From Eledone cirrhosa (taxonomy: Eukaryota): 64,000 nucleotides of DNA. Below are positions 22,901 to 35,340 of the stretch, piece by piece (the stretch's first letter is position 1; the number at the start of each line of letters is the position of its first letter). The notes below the pieces were generated by a model. That model did not search any database and was not told where the DNA came from. It saw nothing but the letters and a program-made list of their open reading frames with translations. Where the stretch lies: assembly GCA_964016885.1 (NCBI GenBank), contig OZ024742.1, positions 128,650,001-128,714,000 on the forward strand. Direction: 5' to 3'. Position numbers and translations under genes: made by a program.

Positions 22901-25104
22901 ACGACGGTTTCTTCGTCTCGCACGCATCTCGGACAGATCTTTTTCGAAGGGTCCCTGCCCGGGATCCGTGTCTGTAGAGCTTGTCTCGAACTGGTAGAGC
23001 TCCTCGGTAACACTGCCAGGCCAGGGACTTTTGGAAGTTGTCCATCGGTCCCGGGCGGAAGGTCCTACCGAACAGACTAGCCAGTTCGTCTTTCTCTACG
23101 CCTAGAGTTTCTCCGAGCGCGTCGTCGCACTTGCTGCGAACCAACCCTCTATAGAATGACGAAGTGGAGTCTCCACTGATCGCAGGATCTGCCTGCCAGA
23201 GGGCTGTGAGCACCTGAGCACATTCGATGTGCCAGTCGCCCCTTTTCCTCGGTCTTTTCTTGACCCAGGACTGCAGCTCGGTCAGCGAGACGAGTCGTGG
23301 GAAGGCTCGCCTCACGAACGGGGCCCACACCGGTTGTGCGGTGAGGAATACGTGGAGGTGTCGCAGCCTGAGCGCGTGTTTGCGCATCGTCAGCCACGGC
23401 ATCCCCAGCCCTCCGTTGGAAGGGTGTTGGCAGCAGATGGATCTTCTCACCAAGGGAGCCCGTTTCTTCCAAAGGAATTGGAAGAGCGCGCGCTTCATTT
23501 TGGTGAGCGTTTTGGCTGGACAAGGCACGACGGTCAAGAGGTAGTAGATGACGGACGCTATAAAAGTGTTCACCACCTCCGCTCGACCTTTCAAGGATAG
23601 TTTGCACTCGGCCCACTTCTGGGTGAGCGCAAACACCTTGGCTGTCACCTCGTTCCAGTGCTTCTCCACCTGGAGGTCCGGACCAAACCAGACCCCGAGC
23701 AGCTTCACCGGTCCTTCCGTCCAGCGTCAGACGACGCCATCGGAAGGCATCAGTTTGCCTCTCCACGATCCGAGTTGCAAACCGACGGACGTGTCCCGGT
23801 TCAGCTTCGCTCCTGTGAACCTTTCGTATTCCTTCAGTAAGGTGCCGACTTTCTCGATTTGCGAGGTGCTCGACACCATTACTGTCACGTCGTTTGCGTA
23901 GGCCAACGCCGCTTTCCGCAGTCCCGATTCTAGAGGGATGCCCTGCAATATCTCCAACTTCCGCAATAGTGGCTAGAGAGTCAGTACGTACAGAAGGGAG
24001 GAGAGAGGGCATCCCTGTCGGATGGATCGCGTGATATGGAACGGCTCCGAGAGCTAGTCGTTCACCTTGACCCTTGAGCAGATGTTGCTGCTGTGCATTG
24101 CAGCAATCCAGCCCCTGAACACGGGTCCGAAGCCTGCCGCCTCGAGCACCACATCCAAGTAACGATGGTCAACCCTATCGAAAGCCTTAGACTGATCCAA
24201 GTTGATCAGGGCCCCACCGAAGCCGGGTTTACACCCTACTCTCTCTACGATGTATCGCATGAGGTGGAGGTTGTCGTGTATGGACCTGGTCGGGATTCCG
24301 CTTCTCCCACCAGGTTTTCGACGACAAGCGCCAGCCTCTTTGCCAACACCTTGGTTAAAATCTGTAACTCTGTATTTAGCAGAGTTATGGGCCGGAAGTT
24401 GCCTATGTCATCCCCCTTATTCTCGTCCTTCCTGACTAGCGTGACTATGCCCTTGGTCACAGAACTGGGAATTCTCCCGTTCTGCCATCAGTTGCAGTAG
24501 ACTGCTTCCAGGAGACCGGAGAACAAGTCCGGCATTGCTACATAAAATTCGTAGGGTAGACCGTCGAGACCTGGAGATTTGCGTTTGCCGCATTGACTCA
24601 GCATGTCCCCTATCTCAGCAGCCGAAATCGGCCTTTTGCAGAACTTCGCCTCGCTGTCCGAGAGTCATGGTAGGCCGTCGAGGTATGGACAGAAATCCAT
24701 AGCCCCTCTCGGCGCGCCGCCCTGCCCGAACAGTTGAGCAAAGTGCCGCTGAAAGGCTGCACACATCTGCTTCGGCTCACGTATCACGCGTCCACCTTGG
24801 TCCTTCAAAGACCGAATCGTGGACTTGTTGCCACTGTTATTTGCGTCATAGAATTCCAGGATTCTGGAGCCTTCCTCATTTCTAGTGCCAAACCCATAGC
24901 CTCCATGGATTCCATCATAGCCGCCACAATGTTGCCAACATGACTGTATTTAGGTTGCCAGCAATAATTATGTAGTCACTGTCTGTTATTTGGGAGGTAG
25001 TGAGAATTAGCAACTCATAGAATCTATCTTTTATAACGCCAGGCAGTCCGGATTGGAGTGCATACGCGGATATTATTGTCACAGTAGTTCTATTTAGGAC
25101 AAGT
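19928..25104 (-). mobile_element. RTE-clade LINE (APE endonuclease and RT), internally deleted and interrupted by a Tx1 LINE
   Basis: (CAT)n tail at 19928; RT and EN sequence to 22285; EN resumes at 24836-25104 (TIISAY..., IHGGYGFGTRNEEGSRILEFYDANN), collinear with the copy at 50065. Confidence 0.92.
22286..24835 (-). mobile_element. L1/Tx1-clade LINE, 5'-truncated and frameshifted (RT plus C-terminal CCHC motif)
   Basis: Encodes NFRPITLLNT, INLDQSKAFDRVDH, AYANDVTV, KLLGVWFG, GGLGMP and CPRC..EETVVHAFVHC. GC- and CpG-rich; 3' end cccctgtggctaaataagaaa. Confidence 0.92.
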
Positions 25105-26340
25105 CTACTTTTATTAAAGTAGAAACACAGTGTACTTTTACTAAAATAGAAACACAGTGTACTTTTATTAAAGTAGAAACACAGTGTACTTTTATTAAAG
25201 TAGAAACACAGTGTACTTTTACTAAAATAGAAACAGTGTACTTTTATTAAAGTAGAAACACAGTGTACTTTTATTAAAGTAGAAACACAGTGTACTTTTA
25301 CTAAAATAGAAACACAGTGTACTTTTATTAAAATAGAAACACAGTGTACTTTTATTAAAGTAGAAACACAGTGTACTTTTACTAAAATAGAAACACAGTG
25401 TACTTTTATTAAAGTAGAAACACAGTGTACTTTTACTAAAGTAGAAACATAGTGTACTTTTACTAAAGTAGATTCACAGTGTACTTTTACTAAAGTAGAA
25501 ACATAGTGTACTTTTACTAAAGTAGATTCACAGTGTACTTTTACTAAAGTAGAAATACAGTGTACTTTTACTAAAGTAGAAACATAGTGTACTTTTACTA
25601 AAGTAGATTCACAGTGTACTTTTACTAAAGTAGAAACATAGTGTACTTTTACTAAAGTAGATTCACAGTGTACTTTTATTAAAGTAGAAACACAGTGTAC
25701 TTTTACTAAAGTAGAAACACAGTGTACTTTTACTAAAGTAGAAACATAGTGTACTTTTATTAAAGTAGAAACACAGTGTACTTTTACTAAAGTAGAAACA
25801 CAGTGTACTTTTACTAAAGTAGAAACACGGAGTGCTTTTACTAAAGTAGAAACATAGTGTACTTTTATTAAAGTAGAAACATAGTGTACTTTTACTAAAG
25901 TAGAAACATAGTGTACTTTTATTAAAGTAGAAACACAGTGTACTTTTACTAAAGTAGAAACACAGTGTACTTTTACTAAAGTAGAAACACAGTGTACTTT
26001 TACTAGAGTAGAAACACGGAGTGCTTTTACTAAAGTAGAAACACAGTGTACTTTTACTAGAGTAGAAACACAGTGTACTTTTACTAAAGTAGAAACACAG
26101 TGTACTTTTACTAAAGTAGAAACACAGTGTACTTTTACTAAAGTAGAAACACAGTGTACTTTTACTAGAGTAGAAACACGGAGTGCTTTTACTAAAGTAG
26201 AAACACAGTGTACTTTTACTAAAGTAGAAACACAGTGTACTTTTACTAAAGTAGAAACACTTTCATTAAAGTAGGATTACAATGTACTTTCACTAAAGTA
26301 GAAACACTTTCATTAAAGTAGGATTACATTCATTAAAGTA
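25105..26340. repeat. 27-bp palindromic satellite, right part
   Basis: Same unit as 18858-19927. Confidence 0.97.
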
Positions 26341-26455
26341 GGAAATACAAGTTAAACAATATTGTTTGTTTTGTCAAGTGGTGTTGCTGCCCATGATTGA
26401 ATCCGTGGAAATTTGTGAGGTTCCTGCAGTAGAGGCAGAAGGCCACACATTAAGT

Positions 26456-27332
26456 CAGTGGTTCTCAGCCTTCTTTTATCTACGAACCCCTTAAATTTCT
26501 ATTTGACTTTGGTAATATCCCATAGCCATTTGATGCTTTATTGGTTGTGGTGAGGTAGCTAAGTAGTGATCAGTTCTACCCAATGTTAACCAGTCCCCTG
26601 GGAAAATAAACTGGAGACAATATTCTTGTGTATGTATTTTTATTTATTTATTTATTTGCATTACAGGCGAGGGGCTGAGGCTATACTGGGGTACTGCCAC
26701 TGATGCTACATTTTCTATAGCCAGCCTTTTCTGGTTGGCCACTAATGCAAAAGGGAGTTTGTTGCTGCTGCTCTTATTTGTGCACTTCACCTCGTGCTGT
26801 TGGTTCATCCGGGATCTTGGTCAGTAGAATGTTGAGATGTCTCTTGAAATCATCTCCATGCACATCATGTAGATCTTTCAGAATTTTTGTTAACTTATTA
26901 AAAAGCTGGGGTCCCTTGAACCCTAGGCTATTGCAGTATGTGGTCCTTACTCTCGATGTGACCATCAGACCTTTGGCACCACACAGTGACATCCTGTTTA
27001 CGGACTGGTCCTGATCTTTCATATGTATATCACAGTGTATCTTTCTCATCTCCACTCCAGGGAGTAAAGCTTTAATTTCTTCAGTCTTTCCCAGTAGCTC
27101 ATGTGTATATATATGTATATAAATTTATTTACACTTCATCATTACTGATTCTACCGATATTCCTTTTGATTTCGATTAATTCCATAGAGAAATAATTTTA
27201 CCAACTATTTTGGTTAACTTTTTTCTAAATTTTGTTTTCTTTCTCGAAAGCTTAAAAGATATTTTCTTTGAAAGCAACATTTTTTTGTGTAGAGCCCCAA
27301 CATTCTTATATGGACCTTGTTGAGAATAACTG
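26456..27332. mobile_element. Non-autonomous hAT (Charlie-like) element containing a CR1-like fragment (~26670-27060, minus)
   Basis: TIRs cagtggttctcagc / gttgagaataactg and 8-bp TSD cattaagt / ccttaagt. The internal peptide GPQLFNKL...FKRHLNILLTKIPDEP resembles a LINE ORF2 C-terminus. Confidence 0.75.
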
Positions 27333-27829
27333 CCTTAAGTGGTAGCACTATCCCTGAATTTTATAAGTTATATATATAATCAAAAATCTATCACGTTCCT
27401 GTTAGTCATGAAAGATGTCATTTGAAAGCCAGAATTGTATTTTTGAATGTATTTATTGAGATGTCATGCCTCGAGTATATTTTGGAGGAGCAGATTCTTT
27501 AGACATTCAGTATTGTTGGGAAATAAACTTTAGTCCTTTAGCAGCATAAACTTGGTTTCTCTGCTGTTCATCTCATGGCACCACAGTGTCTGTATGGCTC
27601 AGACTGTAGAACAGTGGGCTTGGTAATATCTCCCCTATTTGGCTACTGTTTCTCAGTTTGTTGTTCTCATGTAGCAGCAATTCTATGTCTGTCCACTTAC
27701 TAATTCATGTGCTCATGTCAAAGTAGTTATCATCTTTTTAACAGCTCAACAGGCCTGATGAGTTTCTTCATTGTCTTTAGATTGCTGTGCTTTCTTCCTC
27801 CTGGCCTTTGAAGAGGACCTTCCATAAAT

Positions 27830-28165
27830 CATCATCATTACACATCTGTTGTTCCATGCTTGCATGTGTTGGACAAATCCTTCTCAGTACAGCATCTCTC
27901 AACTTGTTGCATTCCTTTGTCATGTCCTCTGTGAACTTTAGTGATCTTTCTTGGTCTACCTCTAGTGCAGCTTCCTTCTATTGTGGTTATTTGGCACTTC
28001 TTCACCCATGTGCATCACATATCCATATCAACACAGTCTCCCCTCCAGCACATTACTTCTGACACCTCTTATATCCTACTTCTCCCTCAGTTCATTCATG
28101 CTTTGTTGTTCTTTTTTGCACACTAACATTGCATATCCACTGAAGCATGCTTGCTTCTTTTCTCT
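27830..28165 (-). mobile_element. Old RTE 3' fragment
   Basis: Degenerate EASMLQWMC / GRPRK sequence and an RTE-type tail. Confidence 0.65.
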
Positions 28166-29057
28166 ATAATGTTCTGAAAAGTTTCTGAGTATTTTGAAGG
28201 GATATTACACCCCACACACTTTCCGAAATTGAAAGTGTTTTAAAATATATTGGAAGTTCACTCAGCAACATTGTTGCAACTGCAGAATATATTCACCCTA
28301 CTTTCAGACACACTAAGGAAGTGGATTTGCTCTGTACATTAAACACCCTTTCATCATCATCATCATTTAATATCTATTTTGACACAAGCTTGGGTTAGAT
28401 GAGTCAGATCAGATGACCATGTCTTGCTCATACAGAACTGTTTCTGGGTTGGTTTCTATGGCTGGGTGCTTTTTAGAGCAGCACCAAAGCAACCTGCTGA
28501 CAGGTTGGACTGGGTACTTTTACATCATGTCACAAGTATGAACACCTTAATGGGTGTGGATGGGTGCTTTTTGTCATTTCACCAACACAACAATTGACTG
28601 ATTCCTTTTGTAGGATACAATTACCTGTTATGTACCAGAATTGTATTTTGCAACACCTACCTTTTTTTTCTAAACTTAGACTGTTCAGTCACATGACAAC
28701 ACATTATAAATCCCAATGGAAAATTCAATTTTTCCAAGAACCTCCTAACTTCTTTCCAGATCGATGTCAGCCAGATTTGTATGCTACACTAATTATTACA
28801 ACCAACAACTTCTGCTATGACTTCTCTTTCAGACCCTAAGTATTACATGTTCTTTGGAAATGAAAAAAATATGCGTTCACAAGGTATTTAGCATTGAGCT
28901 TAGCACTCAATAATACTAACACAAAATAAATGTACACACTGCATTACAACTTTTAAAGGAAATCAAACAAAACACTATTATATCAATGTTATATCTCCAT
29001 TGTGTTTAAATATTTACTAAGAAATATAGGTAGGATTTACAGCCTCTCCTATATGCA

Positions 29058-29372
29058 CACAGGAATAAGACCCCCTTTGGTCATGAATGATCATGGAATT
29101 TGAACCTAGAAAGTTCCCCCCTGAGGTATAAGTCCAGGCAAGGTTGTTTGTGGAAGACCAGCAGTCACCCATGCATACCAGTCTCTCCTCTCCATGCCAC
29201 CAATGTTGTCCAAGGGAAAGGTAATGGCCGATAGAGCTTGGCACCACTCATTTTTACAGCTGAGTGAACTGGAGCAAAGTGGAATAAAGTGTCTTGCTCA
29301 AGAACACAATGCAAATCCCGATCAGAGAATCAAACTCACAACCTCATGATTGTAAGCTCAACGCTCTAACTA
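29058..29372 (-). mobile_element. tRNA SINE related to family B, with a third tail type
   Basis: Core cttgagcaagacactttattccactttgctccagttcactcagctg; tail ...gatcattcatgaccaaagggggtc. Confidence 0.7.
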
Positions 29373-30004
29373 CTTTCATACACATAATATATACATATAC
29401 TGGGTAACCTACATTATATATATGTATAAGTGCATACACACACACACACATATATATATATGCACATATACATATAATTGTTTCTTCTTTTGGCACAAGG
29501 CCAGCAATTATCCCAGTGCATTACTGGTGCTTTATTTTACCGACCTCATAAGAATGAAAAGCAAAGTTAACCTCAGCGGGATTTGAACTCAGACCGTAAA
29601 GGGCCATAACTATGCTGCAAAGTATAGGTTACTCATAATTTTGTTGATTATTGGAGTTGGCACCAATGTAAATGTTTTGATTGAGTCAACACGTCTGAGG
29701 AGCAAATCGATTCTTGTGTCAGGTCTATTACATCAAGGAAGATCTCATGTCAATTATCCATGAAACATACATAATGGTCAATATACAATAAAAACATTTT
29801 TAAGTGAAACACATCGGATATACGTTGGAGATCTTGAAAAGTCATTCGTTGTATAGAAGTAATTGTGGATTCGAAGAATTCAATTATGTTCTCATTAATC
29901 ATTGAATTGCAGATTTTATGGTGCAATAAAAACTTCTTTTACGCTCACTTATTCCTGAGAGGGTTACAGAGGTTACAGAGTCCTGAAACAATCCTTCCAG
30001 CGGG

Positions 30005-30306
30005 GCCACTGGTTTGTTTTTGTCTGGCAAAAGTGAAAGTTTGCGTCTCAACAAGCGGTGAACCCTGCCTATAGCTCCTCCCGTCGTTTATATCCGTAAA
30101 GTGAAATCACAATATTTTTCTTCCCTGTTCAATTTTTTTATTCTCTGTATGTTTAGCTCGTCCCTAATCCTAACCGTAAATATATTACATTTGTTTTAAT
30201 CTTTAGTCACTTTACGGATATAAACGACGGGGGGAATTGTAGGCGGGGTTCACCGCTTGCTGAGACGCAAACGTTCACTTTTGACAGACAAAAACAAACT
30301 AGTGCC
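30005..30306. mobile_element. MITE with ~103-bp TIRs and an 8-bp TSD (Merlin-like)
   Basis: TSD CCAGCGGG at 29997-30004 and 30307-30314; termini GCCACTGGTTTG / CAAACTAGTGCC. Confidence 0.85.
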
Positions 30307-30799
30307 CCAGCGGGTCCTGTCAGAAGAAACCAGCTCTAACTGATCCGGCTGGATCCCCAAGCGTACACAGCCAGCCTTCTAACCACTTTTCTCGGGGACT
30401 GCCACTGGGTCTATTGCCGGTTAGTTTTGCCTGTAAAATCTGTCCAGTGATTCTTTCCTGAGACATTTTAACCACATGCCCATAGTATCGGAACTGTGAT
30501 CTCTCAATTTTGGAGAAGTAGTGGCTCTACCTGGAGTGACTCTCTGATCTCCGAACTACGAACTTTATCGAGTAATGTTATTTACATCCAATATTCAACT
30601 TTTCCTATTCACTTATTATCCTAAACATACCCTGGCTCTGCATAACAAAGCTGTTTTAAAGTGTCTATATTTATCTAAATATTCTCCATCATAATTTACG
30701 AAAGAACATTTGTTAGGTTAGGTTCCAAACACCAGATTAATAATGAGAAAGTTGATTATAGTAAAAACTACCTCGAAATCTTTGATAATTTTCAAATTC

Positions 30800-31385
30800 C
30801 TGTCTGGAGCCCCTATCTTGCTCAGAACATTGACCGCCTGGAAACTGTCAGAGACGTGCAACCAAGCGAATACCCTCCATCAGGCATCTACCATACTCTG
30901 AACGCCTTGCTTCCCTGGGCATGGATACACTGAAGCTCCGACGCCTGGCAACTGACTTGGTAAACACCCACAAAATTATTAACCATCTTGCCAACAACAA
31001 CCCTGAGTACCTTTTTGATTTCCATGTGTCTAACACACGTGGGCATGCCAACAAAGTCAGAACACAGCACAGCTCCAATGACTTTCGGAAACATTTTATT
31101 TTTACACACTCAGAGTTGCTGAAGCATGGAACAAACTACCTGCATCAGTTATTAGCTGTCGAGACACTGCATCCTTTAAAACCTCCATGCTTCCTGAGAT
31201 TCGAGAACACTACACCTAATATCCCCCCCCCCCCTCCATACACATACATACATGTATATCATGACTCATACACTATTCACTTCCCTTACATTTGTATATT
31301 ATTCTATGTACTATACATGCACCTTTGATTAGTTGTAGTGCACCTGAGCACTGTACACACTAATTTCATTATTATTATTATTATA
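30800..31385 (+). mobile_element. CR1-clade LINE 3' fragment
   Basis: Encodes WSPYLAQNIDRLETVQ, YSERLASLGMDTLKLRRL and NTRGHANKV; same 3'UTR as the copy at 1835. Confidence 0.9.
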
Positions 31386-31388
31386 ATA

Positions 31389-32330
31389 ATTGTTTCAACT
31401 TTTGGCACAAGGCCAGCAATTACCTAGTCCCTTATTGGTACATTATTTTATCGACCCCGTAAGGATGAAAGGAAAAGTTAACCTTGGTGGGATTTGAACT
31501 CAGAATGGAAAGGACCGTAACTCTATGCGTCAAAGCATGGCGTCCGACCCTCTACCGATACTGCAATAGTTTCTGATTTAGGTACCGGGCCAACAATTTT
31601 GAGGGAGGGGAAAGTTGATTAAATCAACCCAGTGCATTACTGCTACTTCATTTTATCAACCCGGGAAGGATAAAAGGCAAAGTTGACCATGTCAGAATTT
31701 GAACTCAGAAAGTACAGCCAAAACAAATACTATTAAGCATTTGTCTGATACACCAATGTCACTGTCAATTCATCACTCTTACTACTACTACTACTACACA
31801 AGACCAATAATTTTGGGGGAAGGAGCCATCAATTAACTCGGTCCTAATGCATTACTGGTACTTTATTTTATCAACCCTTTAAGGAAGAAAGGCAAAGCTA
31901 ATCTTGTTGGAATTTGAAATCATAATGATTTAGGCACAAAGCCAACAATTTGAGGGGAGGGGAAAGTTCATGATATCAACCTCAGTACTTGACTGGTACT
32001 TTATTTTATGAACACTCGGAATGATGAAAGGCAAAGTTGACTCTGCTAATGGCACTCAAAGTCTAGGTGGGGTATGAAACTAAGCTACGGATTACGTCTA
32101 CCACTTAAATATGCCACAGTAGGATTTGAAATAAAAAGATCTGGAACAAACACCACAAGGCATCTCTAAATATCCCACAAATTTACTGCCCTAGATTAGC
32201 ACTTTATTCTATCAAGCCAGAAAGTATAAAAGGCAAAAGTGACCATGATAGGATTTGAACTCGGAGTGCAGAAAACTAGAAAAAATACTGCTGGATATTT
32301 TGTCCTAAACTTTAATGACAGCCAATTCAC
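31389..32330 (-). mobile_element. Head-to-tail cluster of ~5 family A SINE copies of different ages
   Basis: Repeated ttttatc(g/a)acc...aaaggcaaagtt...atttgaactc cores. Confidence 0.8.
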
Positions 32331-33380
32331 CACCCAATCTCTCCACAACAAACTAGAACTACATTTATAAGTTTATGAGATTTTAAAATTCTTCATCTTC
32401 ATCCACAACATCAGGTAGGCCTATGGCCAGACGTTCCTCCAGAACAAGGCCTTCTGTTTGTTTTTTTGTAAGCAGATGTTATTATCTATCACTGGCTTGT
32501 CATGGCTAACTACATGCCACCCATGTTGTCTAAGGGAAAGGCCAAGATAGATAGAGCTTGGCACCAGTGACGTCGCAACTCATTTCTACAGCTGAGTGAA
32601 CCGGAGCAACTTGTAATAAAGTGTCTTGTTCAAAGACATAAGGCATCATCTGGTCCAGGAATTAATAATAATAATAATAATAGTTTCTACTTTTGGCACA
32701 AGGCCAGCAATTATCCCAGTGCATTACAGGTACTTTATTTTATCAACCCCGAAATAATAATAATAATAATGAAATTATTGTGTACAGTACTCAGGTGCAC
32801 TACAACTCATCAAAGGTGCATGTATAGTACATAAAATAATATACAAATGTCAGGGAAGTGAATAGTGTATGAGTCATGATATACATGTGTGCGTGTGTAT
32901 GGAGGGAAGATATCAGGTATAGTGTTGGCAAATCTCAGGAAGCATGGAGGTTTTAAAGGATGCAGTGTCTCGACAACGAAAAGAAATGTGAGACTGATTT
33001 GAATGCCGTTGATTAAGTTTCAAAAGCTGTTAGAAAAGTAATTTCGGAAACGATCAATTTGGAAAGTGGTAAGAATCATACTGCTCTGATTGGAAAATAC
33101 TATTGAGGAGACTATTAGTGCTGTTGGTGGTAGTTTATTTTATCAACCCCGAAATAATAATAATTATGAAATTATTGTGTACAGTGCTCAGGTGCACTAC
33201 AACTCATCAAAGGTGCATGTATCTCACAATTGTGAATCCAACTATCTAACCACTAAACAACATGCCCACATTATTTATGTAGCTAACAAAACTAAAAACC
33301 AACTTGTTTTCAATCACAGGAATTCAAAATCAGGTGATGTTTGCAAGGGCTTATGTTATTGCAGGAGCTTAGCCTTCTAG

Positions 33381-33905
33381 TCATCATCATCATCATCATT
33401 TAACGTCCATCTTCCACGCTAGCATGGGTTAGACGGGAGTTGTCCCACTTGAGGCAAGATTGGTCGGGTGACCGTGTCTCGTTCGTATAGGACTATCTGG
33501 CAGGTTTTCTACGGCTGGATGCCCTTCCTAACACCAACCACATTTACAGTGTGGACCTGGAACTTTTTACCATGTTATCTACACTGCCACATTACAGCGT
33601 GGACTATGTCTTTTTGTCGTGACACCTACACAATCTCATTAGTTTGGACTGGATGTTGTGGTACCAACATAACTTTATAGAGAAAGTCTGGTGTTGGTGG
33701 GAGTGGGGTAGTGGGTTGGGGTGTATGTTTGGTTTGGAGGGGCCTACTGACAGTAGGTTAACTTTGCACGTAGGGAAGGCAGGTCTTCTGTAATACTGTG
33801 TGGCGCCAAAGATCTCAATCCAGTGGCATTGTCTTAGAGAGGTGCAAGTGTGCAAAGTCAGACTTTATCATGTTGTCTCAGGTTTTTCTGGGTCTACCTA
33901 CTCCA
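33381..33905 (-). mobile_element. RTE LINE 3' end
   Basis: Matches 388-900 (GRPRKT, 3'UTR and (GAT)n tail). Confidence 0.88.
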
Positions 33906-34932
33906 CCCACATTAATGCTATAAGTGTCAATGGTTTGCCTAAAAAATTACAGGGAAAACTCCAGCACCACCTGTTGTAGCATGTAATTAAGTACATGTCT
34001 TCTCCTACCCTTTCTTTTTCTACTTTATGTTTTCATTCTTCTTTTCTCTGATTGCTTATCTTTCTGTAAATTGTTAATCCTTTTCATAATGTCATAGAAA
34101 AAAAAGAAACGTGATAGAATTTTGCATTGATAAAATGAGACCATTCTATGGGGCACAGTTGAATGAAAGTGAAGAACAAAAAAATCCTGATTTCACAGTC
34201 AAAGACTGAACATGACGGAACGCAGAAATCATGGACAATTGGTGGCGGTAAAAACATCTAGAATGGCACCACAAAAAGTGACTACACCAGATATGGTAAC
34301 TTGATTGATTGTAAATGAATCATGGAATGAAAGGTTTGCAATTGTTACTTAATCAGATCTTTAAGTGTTGTACATAATCATCTAACAATTAAACATCTCT
34401 ACTTATTTTCCTTCTTCTGAGAAGGCAGTGAATTGGCAGAGTTATTAAGACATCAGATTAAATGCCTCCATTATTCTATGAACTATACATGCACCTTTGA
34501 CGAGTTATAGTGCACCTGAGCACTGTACACAATAATTTCATTATTATATTTATTCCAGCTCACTGCACTTTGAGTGGAAAATATGAGGTCAACTTTGCCT
34601 TTCATCCTTTTGTGGTCGATAGGTCAATTCTTTCTCTCTTGACCACATTCTTTCTTCTCTGGGAAAAACAAAAAAAAACCCGGCTGTGTTCCGTCCAGGT
34701 GAGAGTTAGGCTCCACCAGGTTTAAATTTTCCAAAACAAACTGTGTCAGGATGGCATCCCTAAGATTCCATTAGAAGTTAAGGTCACTTTTCCTTTCAAT
34801 TTTGTCGGCTTCCAAACTCCTTGTTGTATCCTCCATTAAAATTAATGATGAGTATTCAAGGGTTATACTCTTGAAAAGGCTGGCTACATACAAACCAAAA
34901 TTGCTAGATGTTGTGGTCGGGTTGACACCTTC

Positions 34933-34966
<34 letters not shown>

Positions 34967-34980
34967 TTTCACACACATAT

Positions 34981-35340
34981 ATCATCATCATTTTACGTCT
35001 GCTTTTCCCTGCTTGCAAGGGTGGGATGGGACCTATTTAGCACAGCATTTATCCACTTGTTATGGTCCTTTGTCATCTCCTCCATGAGCTTCAGCAATCT
35101 GAGGTCTGCTGTCACCACCTCCGCCCATGTTTTTCTTGGTCTTCCTTCTACTGGCATTTCTTTACCCAGCGGACATCCTCCATGCGCATCACATGTCCAT
35201 ACCATCGCAGTCTTCTCTCCCGCACACTACAACTTATCCCTCTTAAACACAGTTTCTCTCTCAACTCATCCATGTTTGGTCGTTCACGTACATTGACATT
35301 GCACATCCAATGGAGCATGCTGCTTCATTTCTCTCCAGAG
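34981..35340 (-). mobile_element. RTE 3' fragment
   Basis: Encodes [12 protein letters not shown] and [11 protein letters not shown]. Confidence 0.8.

Noticed and set aside
18858-26340. CRISPR-like palindromic 27-bp repeats
   Set aside because: The units are head-to-tail with no unique spacers, there are no cas genes, and the context is eukaryotic.
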